64,000 bases of DNA from positions 1 through 64,000 of the IMG/VR virus record IMGVR_UViG_3300009157_000001; one strand, written 5' to 3'. The stretch comes from a virus. A model generated the notes under the pieces. The model worked only from the letters and a program-made list of their open reading frames with translations, was not told the origin of the DNA and did no database searches. Both the position numbers and the translations under genes were made by a program. This document shows positions 30,279 through 39,779 of the stretch, one piece after another. The first letter of the stretch is position 1. Every line of letters begins with the position of its first letter.

Positions 30279-30525
30279 ACCCGTAGTCTTTTTTTGTCAT
30301 AATAGTGCTTGAGGCAAATCCAGTAGGACTTTCTGGATTGGTACAACTTGATATGCTTATATCCCAACTCTTGGTAATACTTGGGAGAGTTGTAGGAGCA
30401 ACAGGCAACTGCTCTGATATAGTCCATGAGAACTCGGAGGGATCAACATTCTTCCTCCAAAACTTACAGGTTTTACAACTAATCAGACTTTCTAGGTTCT
30501 TCATCAGGCTTCTCCTTAGTTTCAA
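30241..30525 (-). CDS. Hypothetical Cys-containing protein
   Basis: CKTCKFW...C...YGC; tiles with neighbours. Confidence 0.55.
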   Translation of the reverse strand: MKLRRSLMKNLESLISCKTCKFWRKNVDPSEFSWTISEQLPVAPTTLPSITKSWDISISSCTNPESPTGFASSTIMTKKDYGCVLYKPYDNDTK

Positions 30526-30871
30526 CTACAGCAAGAGGTTTTGGCTCGGGTACAGTAAGAACCTCTTTGAGTAACTTAGTCTTACCTTTAAGCTGTTCCT
30601 GAAGACCTCCTATTGTTCCAGCTATCCTCAACCACTCGGCCCCACTCATTGTGTTAGACTGTACTTTGTCTGACATAAAAGTTATGAGGTTGAGATTCAG
30701 AGTTGCTTTGGCTGACTTCTCTTTGAGAGCTCCCAGCTCTTCAGATCCTTCTGCAGTAACATCTACAGAGGAAAGATATTCTGCTCTCTTAATATCCTTG
30801 TCATCAAATTTGTATTTCTCTTCCCAGTCAATGACTGCTACCCGGGTAATCAGATCTACTGTTGTTCTCAT
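30479..30871 (-). CDS. Hypothetical protein
   Basis: 130-aa ORF with A/T-rich leader. Confidence 0.6.
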   Translation of the reverse strand: MRTTVDLITRVAVIDWEEKYKFDDKDIKRAEYLSSVDVTAEGSEELGALKEKSAKATLNLNLITFMSDKVQSNTMSGAEWLRIAGTIGGLQEQLKGKTKLLKEVLTVPEPKPLAVVETKEKPDEEPRKSD

Positions 30872-30890
30872 ATAATTTATTAAGTTTAAG

Positions 30891-31097
30891 TTACATGCTT
30901 ATTACCTTGTGACCACACAGGACACAATACCAAGTAGGTACTCCGTGTCCATTCTTTCTACCGGTATATCTTACAGGATGATACTTGTGACTACACTTTA
31001 TCATATCATTAGTAACCTCATTCCTATAAGTAGGTTTCACAAGAGCTTCCTGGAACTCTATGATATTATCCTCACTCAGTATTACTTCTATCTTCAT
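30891..31097 (-). CDS. Small zinc-ribbon-like protein
   Basis: CSH...CVLCG; 68 aa. Confidence 0.5.
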   Translation of the reverse strand: MKIEVILSEDNIIEFQEALVKPTYRNEVTNDMIKCSHKYHPVRYTGRKNGHGVPTWYCVLCGHKVISM

Positions 31098-31111
31098 TTC
31101 TTGTAGATTAG

Positions 31112-31181
31112 CTGTGATAACAAGAATCGAACCTGCATACTGGGTTTAACACCTTGCTCTAACCAGTTGAGCTATATCACA
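31112..31181 (-). tRNA. tRNA-like element with truncated anticodon arm (no assignable anticodon)
   Basis: Acceptor TGTGATA/TATCACA; D arm GCTC-AACTGGTTA-GAGC; T arm GCAGG-TTCGATT-CTTGT; only 19 nt between D and T arms; ends G-CTA. Confidence 0.75.
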
Positions 31182-31185
31182 GTCA

Positions 31186-31365
31186 TGTGGAATTCACCAC
31201 CATAATCAGGTTATACCCTACCTTGAAAAGGTGCATTTATAGGCTCATGCTTTGCTCGCGCAATTACCCTGTCCTACTTCGGGGGGTTTCATGTCTGTCT
31301 ATCCACCCATCCGGACTAGTTAGGTGTTAACCTATCTCTTAAGAGTTTCCTCCCGCAGACCGGAT
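31186..31365 (-). ncRNA. Candidate structured ncRNA
   Basis: Intergenic and GC-richer; helices ATCCGG/CCGGAT, GGAG-GAAA-CTCT, TAGGT-TAAC-ACCTA, TTGC-GCGA-GCAA, ACCTT-TTC-AAGGT, GTGG-TGAATT-CCAC. Confidence 0.5.
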
Positions 31366-31369
31366 AATA

Positions 31370-31687
31370 TCAATTACCAGTACCTACCTCAAGATTATAT
31401 ACACCATGATCCGTAGTACCGGCACTAGTAACTTGCCAAGTAGGGTTACCTCCGGGAACAGGATCAACATAATAAGGCTGAAAAGGTTGATGATTAGGAT
31501 TCCAAGGAACTCCTACAGGTATATGTATGGGATTAATCCAAGTAGTAAATGTAGGTGACATTCTTAATGTATATTCCTTCCACTTATCATCAGGAAGTAT
31601 CTGATTTAGAGTTATGAGAAAGTCTTTCAGACTTACCTGTTCTTCTATCTCAATGATTTTATTGATAGTATCAAGTTTGAGTTTCAT
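31370..31687 (-). CDS. Hypothetical protein with Pro-rich C-terminus
   Basis: 105-aa ORF. Confidence 0.6.
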   Translation of the reverse strand: MKLKLDTINKIIEIEEQVSLKDFLITLNQILPDDKWKEYTLRMSPTFTTWINPIHIPVGVPWNPNHQPFQPYYVDPVPGGNPTWQVTSAGTTDHGVYNLEVGTGN

Positions 31688-31880
31688 CTTGTATATGTTT
31701 TATTTGGTGGGCTTTATAATAAGTACAGTCCTTATAAGGAAGACCCTCCTCCAGAAGGAGGACTATAGGTTCCTTTGACCCAAGTAGTTTGTATCCGGTT
31801 CCTAGTACCTTGGCACTATTGCCGGATTCAAGAAGAACCTGGACTCCCTCTTTTAGTTTTCTAAGCTGCAACCTGGTCAT
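31671..31880 (-). CDS. Hypothetical protein
   Basis: 69 aa; overlaps neighbours. Confidence 0.5.
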   Translation of the reverse strand: MTRLQLRKLKEGVQVLLESGNSAKVLGTGYKLLGSKEPIVLLLEEGLPYKDCTYYKAHQIKHIQDETQT

Positions 31881-32529
31881 AATCTAATACATCTTCTTTT
31901 TTAATATTAGCCTGATCCATTAAACCATTGTCCCAAAAGTCATTTCCATAAAATCCTCCACAGGAACCAAGCCAGACTTTAGTATTATCTCTTTCATAAT
32001 CAAGATCTGAGAAAACTTTAAAAAACTCATACCTAAATACATTTCCGGTGATGTAGTCATTCATTATTCTTACTTCATTCTCTAAGGTAGTCATGACTTT
32101 TTTCACAACCTGCTTTGTAATCTTCAGAGTATCATAGCATTCTTTTACATGATCTTTCTCTGCATATATAAATCCGATCTGACCGGAGTCCCATCTATCT
32201 CCAAATGGAGTAGTCCTTATGCTCTGACCACTGTGATCATACATATAGATAGGAAGGATAGCTACAGCTTTGAATTCTTTCTGGATGTGCTTCTCCATCT
32301 CTTGCCAGTTCTGGAAATCCTGGAAGGAAAAGGGTACAGTATCTCCAAAATCATACCTATTATGGAAGATAGCCATCGTGCCCACATTCTCCCATTCCCG
32401 AGGACTCCAGTAGTTCTCATCATGGTGTATTTCTAATAATTTATGTTCCCTGATTCTCAGGGACATGTAAGAATCCTTTTCTTCTACCATACCAGCTCTT
32501 GTCTTTATATAACATAGATAATACCACAA
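31861..32529 (-). CDS. Conserved phage hypothetical protein
   Basis: LPIYMYDHSG...WDSGQIGFIY...SCGGFYG motifs; start likely downstream of 32529. Confidence 0.7.
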   Translation of the reverse strand: MWYYLCYIKTRAGMVEEKDSYMSLRIREHKLLEIHHDENYWSPREWENVGTMAIFHNRYDFGDTVPFSFQDFQNWQEMEKHIQKEFKAVAILPIYMYDHSGQSIRTTPFGDRWDSGQIGFIYAEKDHVKECYDTLKITKQVVKKVMTTLENEVRIMNDYITGNVFRYEFFKVFSDLDYERDNTKVWLGSCGGFYGNDFWDNGLMDQANIKKEDVLDYDQVAA

Positions 32530-32579
32530 GATATATATGGAAGAGCCAACCTATAAGACCGGCCCTTCTTCTATAGTCT

Positions 32580-33446
32580 TTATATTTGCTGTTCAGTGTT
32601 TGAAAGTTGGTCATCTGTTACTTGTTCTGGATCTACTCCTGGGACATCAAATATACTTACTTGATTGGGATTTGCAATAGGTTCTCCTTCAGAATTTGCA
32701 GGTTGTTCCGGAGTTAATCCTGTGGCAGTTTCTATACTAAAACTATCACATAGAAAATGGTGGATTAATCTTTGTTGATCTAACCAATAACTTGGATGAG
32801 CTTTTCTTAGGGAATAAGTTATATGATTATACATAGTCCACAGAGAGTCCTTATCTGCATTATAATCATACTCCGGGGTATTAAACTGGTTCTTTACTAT
32901 GTTAACCTGTTCACTGTTGAGATATCCATGCTCGAAGTAGATCCTGCCCATAAGTTCAGCTCTCAGTCTCTTATTCACAATTACTTCCTTCATGTTTGCC
33001 TTGTCTGATACTAGTTGTTTGTAATAGTCCTCGGCATTCATTATCTGGTGTTCTATTACTTTAATGGTGTCTTTATCTGCTTCTCCTACATGTCTACGGG
33101 CCCAGGACCCCATTGTTCCTGATATTACCCCATTCATGCAGCAAAATACATAGCCTCCAATTGCACACTTGAATCTTCTGCTCTTATCATAAGAATTAGA
33201 CCAGGCAAACATCATACCCATCTCAGGATCTCCGTCATACTTTAAATGATATACCCCTTGGGCCAGATCTCCTGCTTTTGCACATCTGTAAAGTTCTCTT
33301 TCAATAGCAAATCCTGCAGTTGCAAGTTGCTCTATGGTTCTGTCAATCACAAAACCGTGAGGGATGACAGTATAGGTTTCACTGCCCTCAGGTAGAGTGC
33401 AGGTCTTAATAAATTCTTTTGTTGCTGTTTGTGCTCTTGATGCCAT
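32580..33446 (-). CDS. DUF932-like protein
   Basis: YTVIPH...NSYDKS...VFCCMNG...RRH...SLWTMYNHIT pattern. Confidence 0.65.
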   Translation of the reverse strand: MASRAQTATKEFIKTCTLPEGSETYTVIPHGFVIDRTIEQLATAGFAIERELYRCAKAGDLAQGVYHLKYDGDPEMGMMFAWSNSYDKSRRFKCAIGGYVFCCMNGVISGTMGSWARRHVGEADKDTIKVIEHQIMNAEDYYKQLVSDKANMKEVIVNKRLRAELMGRIYFEHGYLNSEQVNIVKNQFNTPEYDYNADKDSLWTMYNHITYSLRKAHPSYWLDQQRLIHHFLCDSFSIETATGLTPEQPANSEGEPIANPNQVSIFDVPGVDPEQVTDDQLSNTEQQI

Positions 33447-33447
33447 A

Positions 33448-33693
33448 TTATTTTATACTAAGTAAGTTCATTATTATTCTGAATTCTAGTTCTGAACTAC
33501 ACTTTCCACAATAGAAGTTAGTACTCCAGATACTCCTTTCAACCATGTCTCTTATTTCTATTCTATCATTAGGATACAGATCCATGATATATCTTCCGGT
33601 ATATTCATCACCAAATCTGAATAAAGTTCCAGAATTATTAATTTCCTTCCAACCTTGTTCTTTGATAAGAGATATATTAAATTCTTTCATCAA
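33448..33693 (-). CDS. Hypothetical protein
   Basis: 81 aa; ATGA overlap with the polymerase stop. Confidence 0.55.
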   Translation of the reverse strand: MMKEFNISLIKEQGWKEINNSGTLFRFGDEYTGRYIMDLYPNDRIEIRDMVERSIWSTNFYCGKCSSELEFRIIMNLLSIK

Positions 33694-35603
33694 AAGAGAG
33701 TTAATTGATTACTTACAGGAGGCATTATATTCTCTATCTCATTATAGATAGCCTCCAGGTAATAGTCTTCATTAATATCATAGTTTTCCCAGTTCTTACT
33801 TTCATACTTATTAAATACAGTCTGTAGCCATTTGCCACTTTCCAGTTGAATCTGCCTGGTATCTGTTTTACAGGCTTTGATGATCTTACATCCTTTATTT
33901 GATACATAATACCTTAGAGTACTCTGAAGATCCTCATAGACCACCTGACCATCTATTACACAGGTTTGCTGGAATTTCCAGTCTCCTTTGATTCTTACAC
34001 CTGCACAGTAATCATAGATATTTCTATTAGTCTTGAGATAGTCCTCCGGAGAGGTACCATTAACAAAGAACTCATAGAGACCTTTGGATACTATAAGATG
34101 ACTCTTATTCTTATGTAGAGGAAGATCCTCAAATTCAAACATTCCCTTACACTTGGTCTTTGCAGTACCTTTATAAATTGCCAGATAGTTATTTACATCC
34201 CGAAGGACTATCTTACTATACTCATCATGTTCAAGTCCTAGTTTAGTTAGATCCTCCCACTCTTTACATATTTCCATGTAAGCTTCTTTCTTCTCTTCAG
34301 GGATCATTATTTCCAAACCATCTGTATTAAGTATCAGTAGAGTAGACTCTGGTATTCTTGTAGATACCATCACATAAAGCATACAAAGAAGCATCTGACC
34401 ATTTACAGTTATTTGCATCCCAAATTGAGGATCATAGAGAAATGAGTTCTCATCTATACTAAGTCCAAAAGTTGAGTTGAGAATGATCTTATACACATAG
34501 TTCCTGGGGTCTTTCTTTGGAATCTTCTTTCTTTCCTCAAAGAACCATTCATACAGATCACAGAAATCTTTTACAGGCAAATGAGCCGGGGCCCACTTGT
34601 TCTTTATGGCAAGATTAGGATAGAAACTAGTAACATCCGAGGTCATGATTGTAGTACCTTCCTTAGCTTCATATACCCCCTCAGATCTAGCACCATGAAT
34701 TCCTCCCAGGCCAAAGTCTATCTTTACTCCCTTATGTTTTACAGAATACTTAAATCCTCCTTTTGTCTGAAGAGGGGTAATTACCACTTTTTTAAACTCA
34801 TCAAGAACTCCTTGAAATAAGGGTTCAGAGAAGTTTATTGCAGGAAGAAGTATATCAGATATTTTTATACTTTCTCTTATTGTCCTTAATGCTCTCAGAT
34901 CCCACTTGTTAGTTCCGGTCTTCTCACTTAAAAAGAGTAGGAACAGCTCCCGGGATATCTTAGGCTCAGATGCACTATATAGATTAATATTGTATTCTTT
35001 ACTCAGATCTCTTCTTAGTTTTATCTGATCCTTGCTTTTCTCCATTATCCTCTTGGTAGAGCTTACATCATTCCAACAATAATCTACAACAGTATCCAGG
35101 TCTTGCCAGGAGGTTATAGGTTTATAGTGAGGAATGGGCATCTCCTGAATATTCTCCCAGTCCATTGAATACTGGATCCATTTCAGGGAGCTTCTCTTAG
35201 CCGCATTATCCCAGTGATTTAGTTTAAATACATCAATATGCCTTATAGATAGATGTCTTTCTGAGAACTCAGGAAAACTCCTGATATCATTCTGCACCAT
35301 GATAATAGTCTGAGCTTTATCATATACCTCAGCTGCTATCCTTTCTGGAGGTAATTCCTGAAGTCTCTTATGATCCTTTATTATAAACTGTAGTATCTGG
35401 GAGTCAAATGCTAGTCCATTAAAGGCAACAAGCCATCTCCTGCTCTTTTTAAGATCCATAAGGAACTCCACCAGAGCATTAAAATCATTTCTTAAGTGGC
35501 ATACTACAAACTCTTTTCTCTCATTTGACTTATAGTCCTCAAAGCAGAAGACTGAGGTATTTACCATAGTCTCAATATCATACACGAAATTTGTGTCTAG
35601 CAT
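33690..35603 (-). CDS. polB: Family B DNA polymerase
   Basis: ExoI YDIET, ExoII FNGLAFD, ExoIII YCWND, motif A DVTSFYP, motif B KIILNSTFG, motif C NTDG. Confidence 0.95.
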   Translation of the reverse strand: MLDTNFVYDIETMVNTSVFCFEDYKSNERKEFVVCHLRNDFNALVEFLMDLKKSRRWLVAFNGLAFDSQILQFIIKDHKRLQELPPERIAAEVYDKAQTIIMVQNDIRSFPEFSERHLSIRHIDVFKLNHWDNAAKRSSLKWIQYSMDWENIQEMPIPHYKPITSWQDLDTVVDYCWNDVSSTKRIMEKSKDQIKLRRDLSKEYNINLYSASEPKISRELFLLFLSEKTGTNKWDLRALRTIRESIKISDILLPAINFSEPLFQGVLDEFKKVVITPLQTKGGFKYSVKHKGVKIDFGLGGIHGARSEGVYEAKEGTTIMTSDVTSFYPNLAIKNKWAPAHLPVKDFCDLYEWFFEERKKIPKKDPRNYVYKIILNSTFGLSIDENSFLYDPQFGMQITVNGQMLLCMLYVMVSTRIPESTLLILNTDGLEIMIPEEKKEAYMEICKEWEDLTKLGLEHDEYSKIVLRDVNNYLAIYKGTAKTKCKGMFEFEDLPLHKNKSHLIVSKGLYEFFVNGTSPEDYLKTNRNIYDYCAGVRIKGDWKFQQTCVIDGQVVYEDLQSTLRYYVSNKGCKIIKACKTDTRQIQLESGKWLQTVFNKYESKNWENYDINEDYYLEAIYNEIENIMPPVSNQLTLF

Positions 35604-35614
35604 GGTCTTAAGAT

Positions 35615-35643
35615 AAAAAGACCCGGGAGTTTCCTCCCAGGTC
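35615..35643 (-). terminator. Intrinsic terminator
   Basis: GACCTGGGAG-GAAA-CTCCCGGGTC followed by TTTTT on the - strand. Confidence 0.8.
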
Positions 35644-35665
35644 CTTGTATATGTTATTACTGTCT

Positions 35666-36064
35666 TTAGGACTTCACTGCTTCCAGTGTCTGAACTACCT
35701 GCACCTCTGTAAGGTGAGATAGATAATCAAACTCAGAAGCATTAAAGGCCATTAATTCCACAACAGTCTTAATATCCTCTTTATTTTCAATGTAGTACTC
35801 AGTAAAAGTCTCAATTGCTTTTCTCTCTTGTTTTACTGACTTGCCTCCTTTTATGATTACAGGTTTTCCCTCATCATTAAGTTTTGGGATCATGTGCATA
35901 GTAGTCTTCATTGTCTTTCCAATGATCACGAATACTTTGCTCTCCGGGTCATAGAATCCTTCTACATAGGGGCAATCTAAGGTTACCGGAATCATCTTAA
36001 ATGTCTTTTTCTCGTTCCAGACTGAATTAATAAGGAGCATTGTAGCCCCCTCAAGTTTACTCAT
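35666..36064 (-). CDS. Hypothetical protein of the replication block
   Basis: 132-aa ORF; TAAATTTG element at 36089-36096 upstream. Confidence 0.65.
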   Translation of the reverse strand: MSKLEGATMLLINSVWNEKKTFKMIPVTLDCPYVEGFYDPESKVFVIIGKTMKTTMHMIPKLNDEGKPVIIKGGKSVKQERKAIETFTEYYIENKEDIKTVVELMAFNASEFDYLSHLTEVQVVQTLEAVKS

Positions 36065-36085
36065 AGAGATGTTGGTTTTTGGTTC

Positions 36086-36655
36086 TCACAAATTTACTGC
36101 ATTATCCTTAATTTCCAAATTCCTTATCTCAATTTTTAATGTTTCTTTCTCCATATCGGGCTTACCACACAATTCTCCTACTTCCTGTAAGACTTTCTTC
36201 TGCACCCCCAGTAAATTTGAGTATATGTCAAAATACCTGTCAGGGTGAAGGAAGCTCTCCACATAAACATAATCATTCCTACTTTTTAGGTAGAACTCTT
36301 TAATCTTCTTCTTTAACTCAGGAGATAGTTTTGAGTACCGACCCCTCATAAACTTATCCCAGTCACTACCGTACTCTTTAAGATCAAAAATATAGACTCC
36401 TTTGTTATCCTCTGTCATCTTGAAATCATGAAAGAGTCTGTTTCCCAGGAGTTTGGTTTTCTCAAAGTTAATGAACTCTTGGTCTTTTCTTAGATGATAA
36501 AGACATACTAACTTTCTATCTTCTTGCTTTATCTTACCTTCCCAACAGGTAAAGATTTGGATGGGAGAATTACTCCCTCCTCTTTTTGTTCCAATTATAG
36601 GGAACAAAAACACTCCAGACTTCTGAAAATAATCCGAATATAAGGACTTAATCAT
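36086..36655 (-). CDS. Hypothetical protein of the replication block
   Basis: 189-aa ORF downstream of the nuclease. Confidence 0.65.
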   Translation of the reverse strand: MIKSLYSDYFQKSGVFLFPIIGTKRGGSNSPIQIFTCWEGKIKQEDRKLVCLYHLRKDQEFINFEKTKLLGNRLFHDFKMTEDNKGVYIFDLKEYGSDWDKFMRGRYSKLSPELKKKIKEFYLKSRNDYVYVESFLHPDRYFDIYSNLLGVQKKVLQEVGELCGKPDMEKETLKIEIRNLEIKDNAVNL

Positions 36656-36657
36656 AC

Positions 36658-37665
36658 TTACAAATATACTCCTTCCTTGATAAATCTATAAGGAAGTTTA
36701 TAATTTCTGGACTCATAATGGTATTTTGCTGCTTCTAATAGATGAGTCAATCGGAGCTCCCACTTAGTTACTGTCTCAGGACTTACCAGGAAAGGATAGA
36801 CTTGATTATACTTGTCTATTACTACAAATCTGAACTCTACTTTATAATCATCCGGGTTTCCTGTACAGTACTTTGCCAGCATCATATAAACCACAGATTG
36901 TATACAGTAGTTAAAATACTCCACAGATTCTGGGAAATCTACCAAAGACTTACCAGTCTTCTTCAGATCATTTATCTTAATAGTCTTATTCTCATGATCT
37001 ATAACACAGTTATCTATAATCCCTTTTAGTCCAAATGGATAATCAGTAAGATCCATTTGAGAGAGACTCTCATTGATTATGATAAGACTTTTAGTTGACT
37101 CACTGTCTAATTTAAGAAGATCCACAACTGCTTCATTTTCTTTAACTACAGATACAGACTCCTCACACCTCTCCATTATTTCAGCATCCAGGATAATCTT
37201 CCTTTCACTTTTCTTCAAGAAATCAAAGTATACCTCTGAATCCTGGGTTATTATCTTATCAAGTCTTTGTTTATCTGTCTTAAGTGATTGGTGCAGGTTC
37301 ATTTGTAGGAGCATCTCAAGGATCTCTGGCTCATATCCTGCCAGACTATCTCTCTGAGAACCTATTATTTCTAACTCCTGCTTATATTTGAAATAAACTG
37401 AATCAATTACCTTCTTTGTATTTTCACTTGGTACCGATCCCTGCATTATTATAAACTGCTTATCAAAACTCTTATCATCCAGGAGCTTACAGTGAATCAC
37501 TTTACCTTCAACAAGGTGGGATTCTGTAGACTCCTCCTTTTTCCTAAGGATGTAATCCTTATAAAATAGGTTTGGGGCATAATTAAGCCTACTCAATGAT
37601 GAGTAGCTAAAATAAAAAGGCTTGGAATAGAACTCTTCTTCCAGGGCCACTATGTTATCATTCAT
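36658..37665 (-). CDS. PD-(D/E)xK exonuclease (RecE/DUF3799-like)
   Basis: FSYSSL...GKVIHC...KGIIDN...INDLKKT...Y.IQ...Y; start placed at MNDNIV. Confidence 0.8.
   Translation of the reverse strand: MNDNIVALEEEFYSKPFYFSYSSLSRLNYAPNLFYKDYILRKKEESTESHLVEGKVIHCKLLDDKSFDKQFIIMQGSVPSENTKKVIDSVYFKYKQELEIIGSQRDSLAGYEPEILEMLLQMNLHQSLKTDKQRLDKIITQDSEVYFDFLKKSERKIILDAEIMERCEESVSVVKENEAVVDLLKLDSESTKSLIIINESLSQMDLTDYPFGLKGIIDNCVIDHENKTIKINDLKKTGKSLVDFPESVEYFNYCIQSVVYMMLAKYCTGNPDDYKVEFRFVVIDKYNQVYPFLVSPETVTKWELRLTHLLEAAKYHYESRNYKLPYRFIKEGVYL
36661..36668 (-). promoter_or_regulatory. Bacteroidota -7 promoter element
   Basis: TATATTTG on - strand, 5 nt before the ATG at 36655. Confidence 0.45.
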
Positions 37666-38752
37666 CGTGTTCCTCCTCTTCTGGTTCTGGAATCCTTTCT
37701 TCAAGAATATGCTCTAGCTCTTCATCCTCCCGGTCAACCACATCTGAAAGCACCTCACTTGTTGGAACTACTGACTTGACTCTAAAGCTATTTTCTCTAA
37801 TATCATTCTGAATTTCCTCTGCTACTATACCCATAACAGTTCTCAGAACCTCTTTGGTCAGAAGCTTCTTCTTTCTTAGTATAGAAATAATCCTATCTGA
37901 ATTAATCCTGTGAATTTCTCCTTTAATATCCAAAAACTCTATGAGAGCCTTAAAATTCACATGGTGCCGGGTATTACAGTCATATATAGGATTGCCATAT
38001 TCCTTGAATAGTAGAAGTAGCCAGATACAAGACTTCTCATAATCAGAATTAGTCATGATTTCCAGAGCTATCACATGATTATCTTTATCATCACTACTTA
38101 GCATAGTCTTAATTTCATCATACATCTCCCTGGTCATAACATTTGTGTTGATAGACTTGAGAATATCATTTTGATGAAAGTATCTACCTTCAGGATCCAG
38201 ATACTCAAGGAACTTCTCCAAGGTTCCTTTCTCTTGTTTAAAGAACTCGTAAAGATCATAGGTCTGTTCCATCTCAATACTTAAGGTCTCATCTATTATA
38301 CAACTATCTGTGGAACCTGTAAGTATAAAGGAGGAGTCAAGTTGTTTAATTACTCCCCTATGTTTCATATGATTAATAGTACCTTCTCCAAAGAATTTGG
38401 AAATAAACTGATTGTATATGTCCACTGGTACTTGATACTCATAGGAGTTTTGTATAAACCCTTCCAGGTACTTATCTATCCCAAAGATAGCATTAGCCTT
38501 GTCAGGATCTCTTACTACACTAACTTTGTACTTTTCACAGTAATCTTTTATCTTAAATCTGGGTACAGTACAATCAGGCAAGAAGTGAATTTTATCTCCT
38601 TCTTTTGGTGTATATCCTGACTTAAACTTAAATTCTTGTTTCTTACCCGTATAGAGAAGTTTAATCCCACCTTCTACAGTCTTCTCCTCCTGATCAATAT
38701 CATCAACAACATAGACTCTTTGAAAATCACTCAGTTTTAACATATTGAGCAA
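37658..38752 (-). CDS. MoxR/VWA-cluster protein (BRCT-like segment plus helical S-x-D motif)
   Basis: 364 aa; resembles the adjacent 350-aa gene (GDKIHFLP vs GDKVFILP; VVRDPDKANAI vs RVTDIEKATLI). Confidence 0.6.
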   Translation of the reverse strand: MLNMLKLSDFQRVYVVDDIDQEEKTVEGGIKLLYTGKKQEFKFKSGYTPKEGDKIHFLPDCTVPRFKIKDYCEKYKVSVVRDPDKANAIFGIDKYLEGFIQNSYEYQVPVDIYNQFISKFFGEGTINHMKHRGVIKQLDSSFILTGSTDSCIIDETLSIEMEQTYDLYEFFKQEKGTLEKFLEYLDPEGRYFHQNDILKSINTNVMTREMYDEIKTMLSSDDKDNHVIALEIMTNSDYEKSCIWLLLLFKEYGNPIYDCNTRHHVNFKALIEFLDIKGEIHRINSDRIISILRKKKLLTKEVLRTVMGIVAEEIQNDIRENSFRVKSVVPTSEVLSDVVDREDEELEHILEERIPEPEEEEHDE

Positions 38753-39779
38753 ACTTTTGGTTTATTGTTAGTTTCACATTATAGAACTTGTTCTCGGATC
38801 TCTCTTTGATCTCCTCTATTATTTCACCAGAGAGCTTAGAGAAGAGCTCAGTAGTGAGAAGTTTCTCATCACATAGATATTCTGCAAAGTTTTCCTCATC
38901 TAATTTCGAGAGCTGCCAGATATCTACTTTTCTTAAAAAAGCCTTTCCTATCTTGTCTCTTACTGAATAAGTAATTATTCCTGGAATACCATGTTCCGTA
39001 GATAGTTTCCATATATAATACATAGACTTTCTAACATCGCACTGCCAGAGGATATGTTTAGCTACCAGATGATCTGCTTCACTTTTGCTTTTAAACATAG
39101 CTCTTACAGATTCATAGGAGTTCTCATCCAGGACAGTTGACAAGATATTGTTTTCCATCACTGCTCTATCCAGAACTATAGGTACTTTATGAATAAGCAC
39201 TCTCTCAAGTACTTTAAGTCCCAGGGGACGTACTCCCCATACAGTATCACTCAAATAGTTACCTACTCTGGTGTGGTTCCACAGCCGTCCTGAGGAATCT
39301 ATTCTTGCTATCTTAGCTCCTTCTTGTGACAGCAGATAGTCTCGGGCGGTTCCTTTGATCTCAAACTGGTAACTTCTTTTAATTAATTCAATATCCCCGG
39401 ATCTGTAGCTACCCACAAGAGTAAAGGCCAGACAGGTCATCCTTGGCTCAGTACACCTATGTAAGATACTTCCATTACTTATTATAAGAGTTGCCTTCTC
39501 AATATCAGTTACTCTGGATGCACCTAGTTTTTTAAGTTGCTCTCTATAGTCTCTTTCTATAAACTGACTTCCCGGAAGTATGAATACTTTATCACCACTT
39601 ACTATCTTTCGGGTACCATCTCCATGAAGAGATTTCTCTATGGTTATATACCCTTCTTTATTTGTCTGGTAAACTGTATTTATCTTTTTATCCTTACCTG
39701 ATCCTTGTATAAAATACTTAGGTACAAGGTCAAGGTAAGGGGAGAGAGTCTCCTCTCTCCCTTCTTTAACTTCTGTCAT
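38727..39779 (-). CDS. MoxR/VWA-cluster protein, paralog of the 364-aa gene
   Basis: 350 aa; ATGA-coupled to the AAA+ gene; LKKLGASRVTDIEKATLII is BRCT-like. Confidence 0.6.
   Translation of the reverse strand: MTEVKEGREETLSPYLDLVPKYFIQGSGKDKKINTVYQTNKEGYITIEKSLHGDGTRKIVSGDKVFILPGSQFIERDYREQLKKLGASRVTDIEKATLIISNGSILHRCTEPRMTCLAFTLVGSYRSGDIELIKRSYQFEIKGTARDYLLSQEGAKIARIDSSGRLWNHTRVGNYLSDTVWGVRPLGLKVLERVLIHKVPIVLDRAVMENNILSTVLDENSYESVRAMFKSKSEADHLVAKHILWQCDVRKSMYYIWKLSTEHGIPGIITYSVRDKIGKAFLRKVDIWQLSKLDEENFAEYLCDEKLLTTELFSKLSGEIIEEIKERSENKFYNVKLTINQKFAQYVKTE

Noticed and set aside
31140-31160. Ochre suppressor (TTA in the loop) reading through the TAA at 63300
   Set aside because: The arm cannot form a 5-bp stem with a 7-nt loop and U33, and TAA is used as a normal stop throughout.
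31186-31365. RNase P RNA, group I intron or hammerhead ribozyme
   Set aside because: Only fragments resemble them (GAGGAAA, TAGTCC, GAGCAA). Order and spacing are wrong, and there is no P4 3' strand, no P7 and no CTGATGA core.
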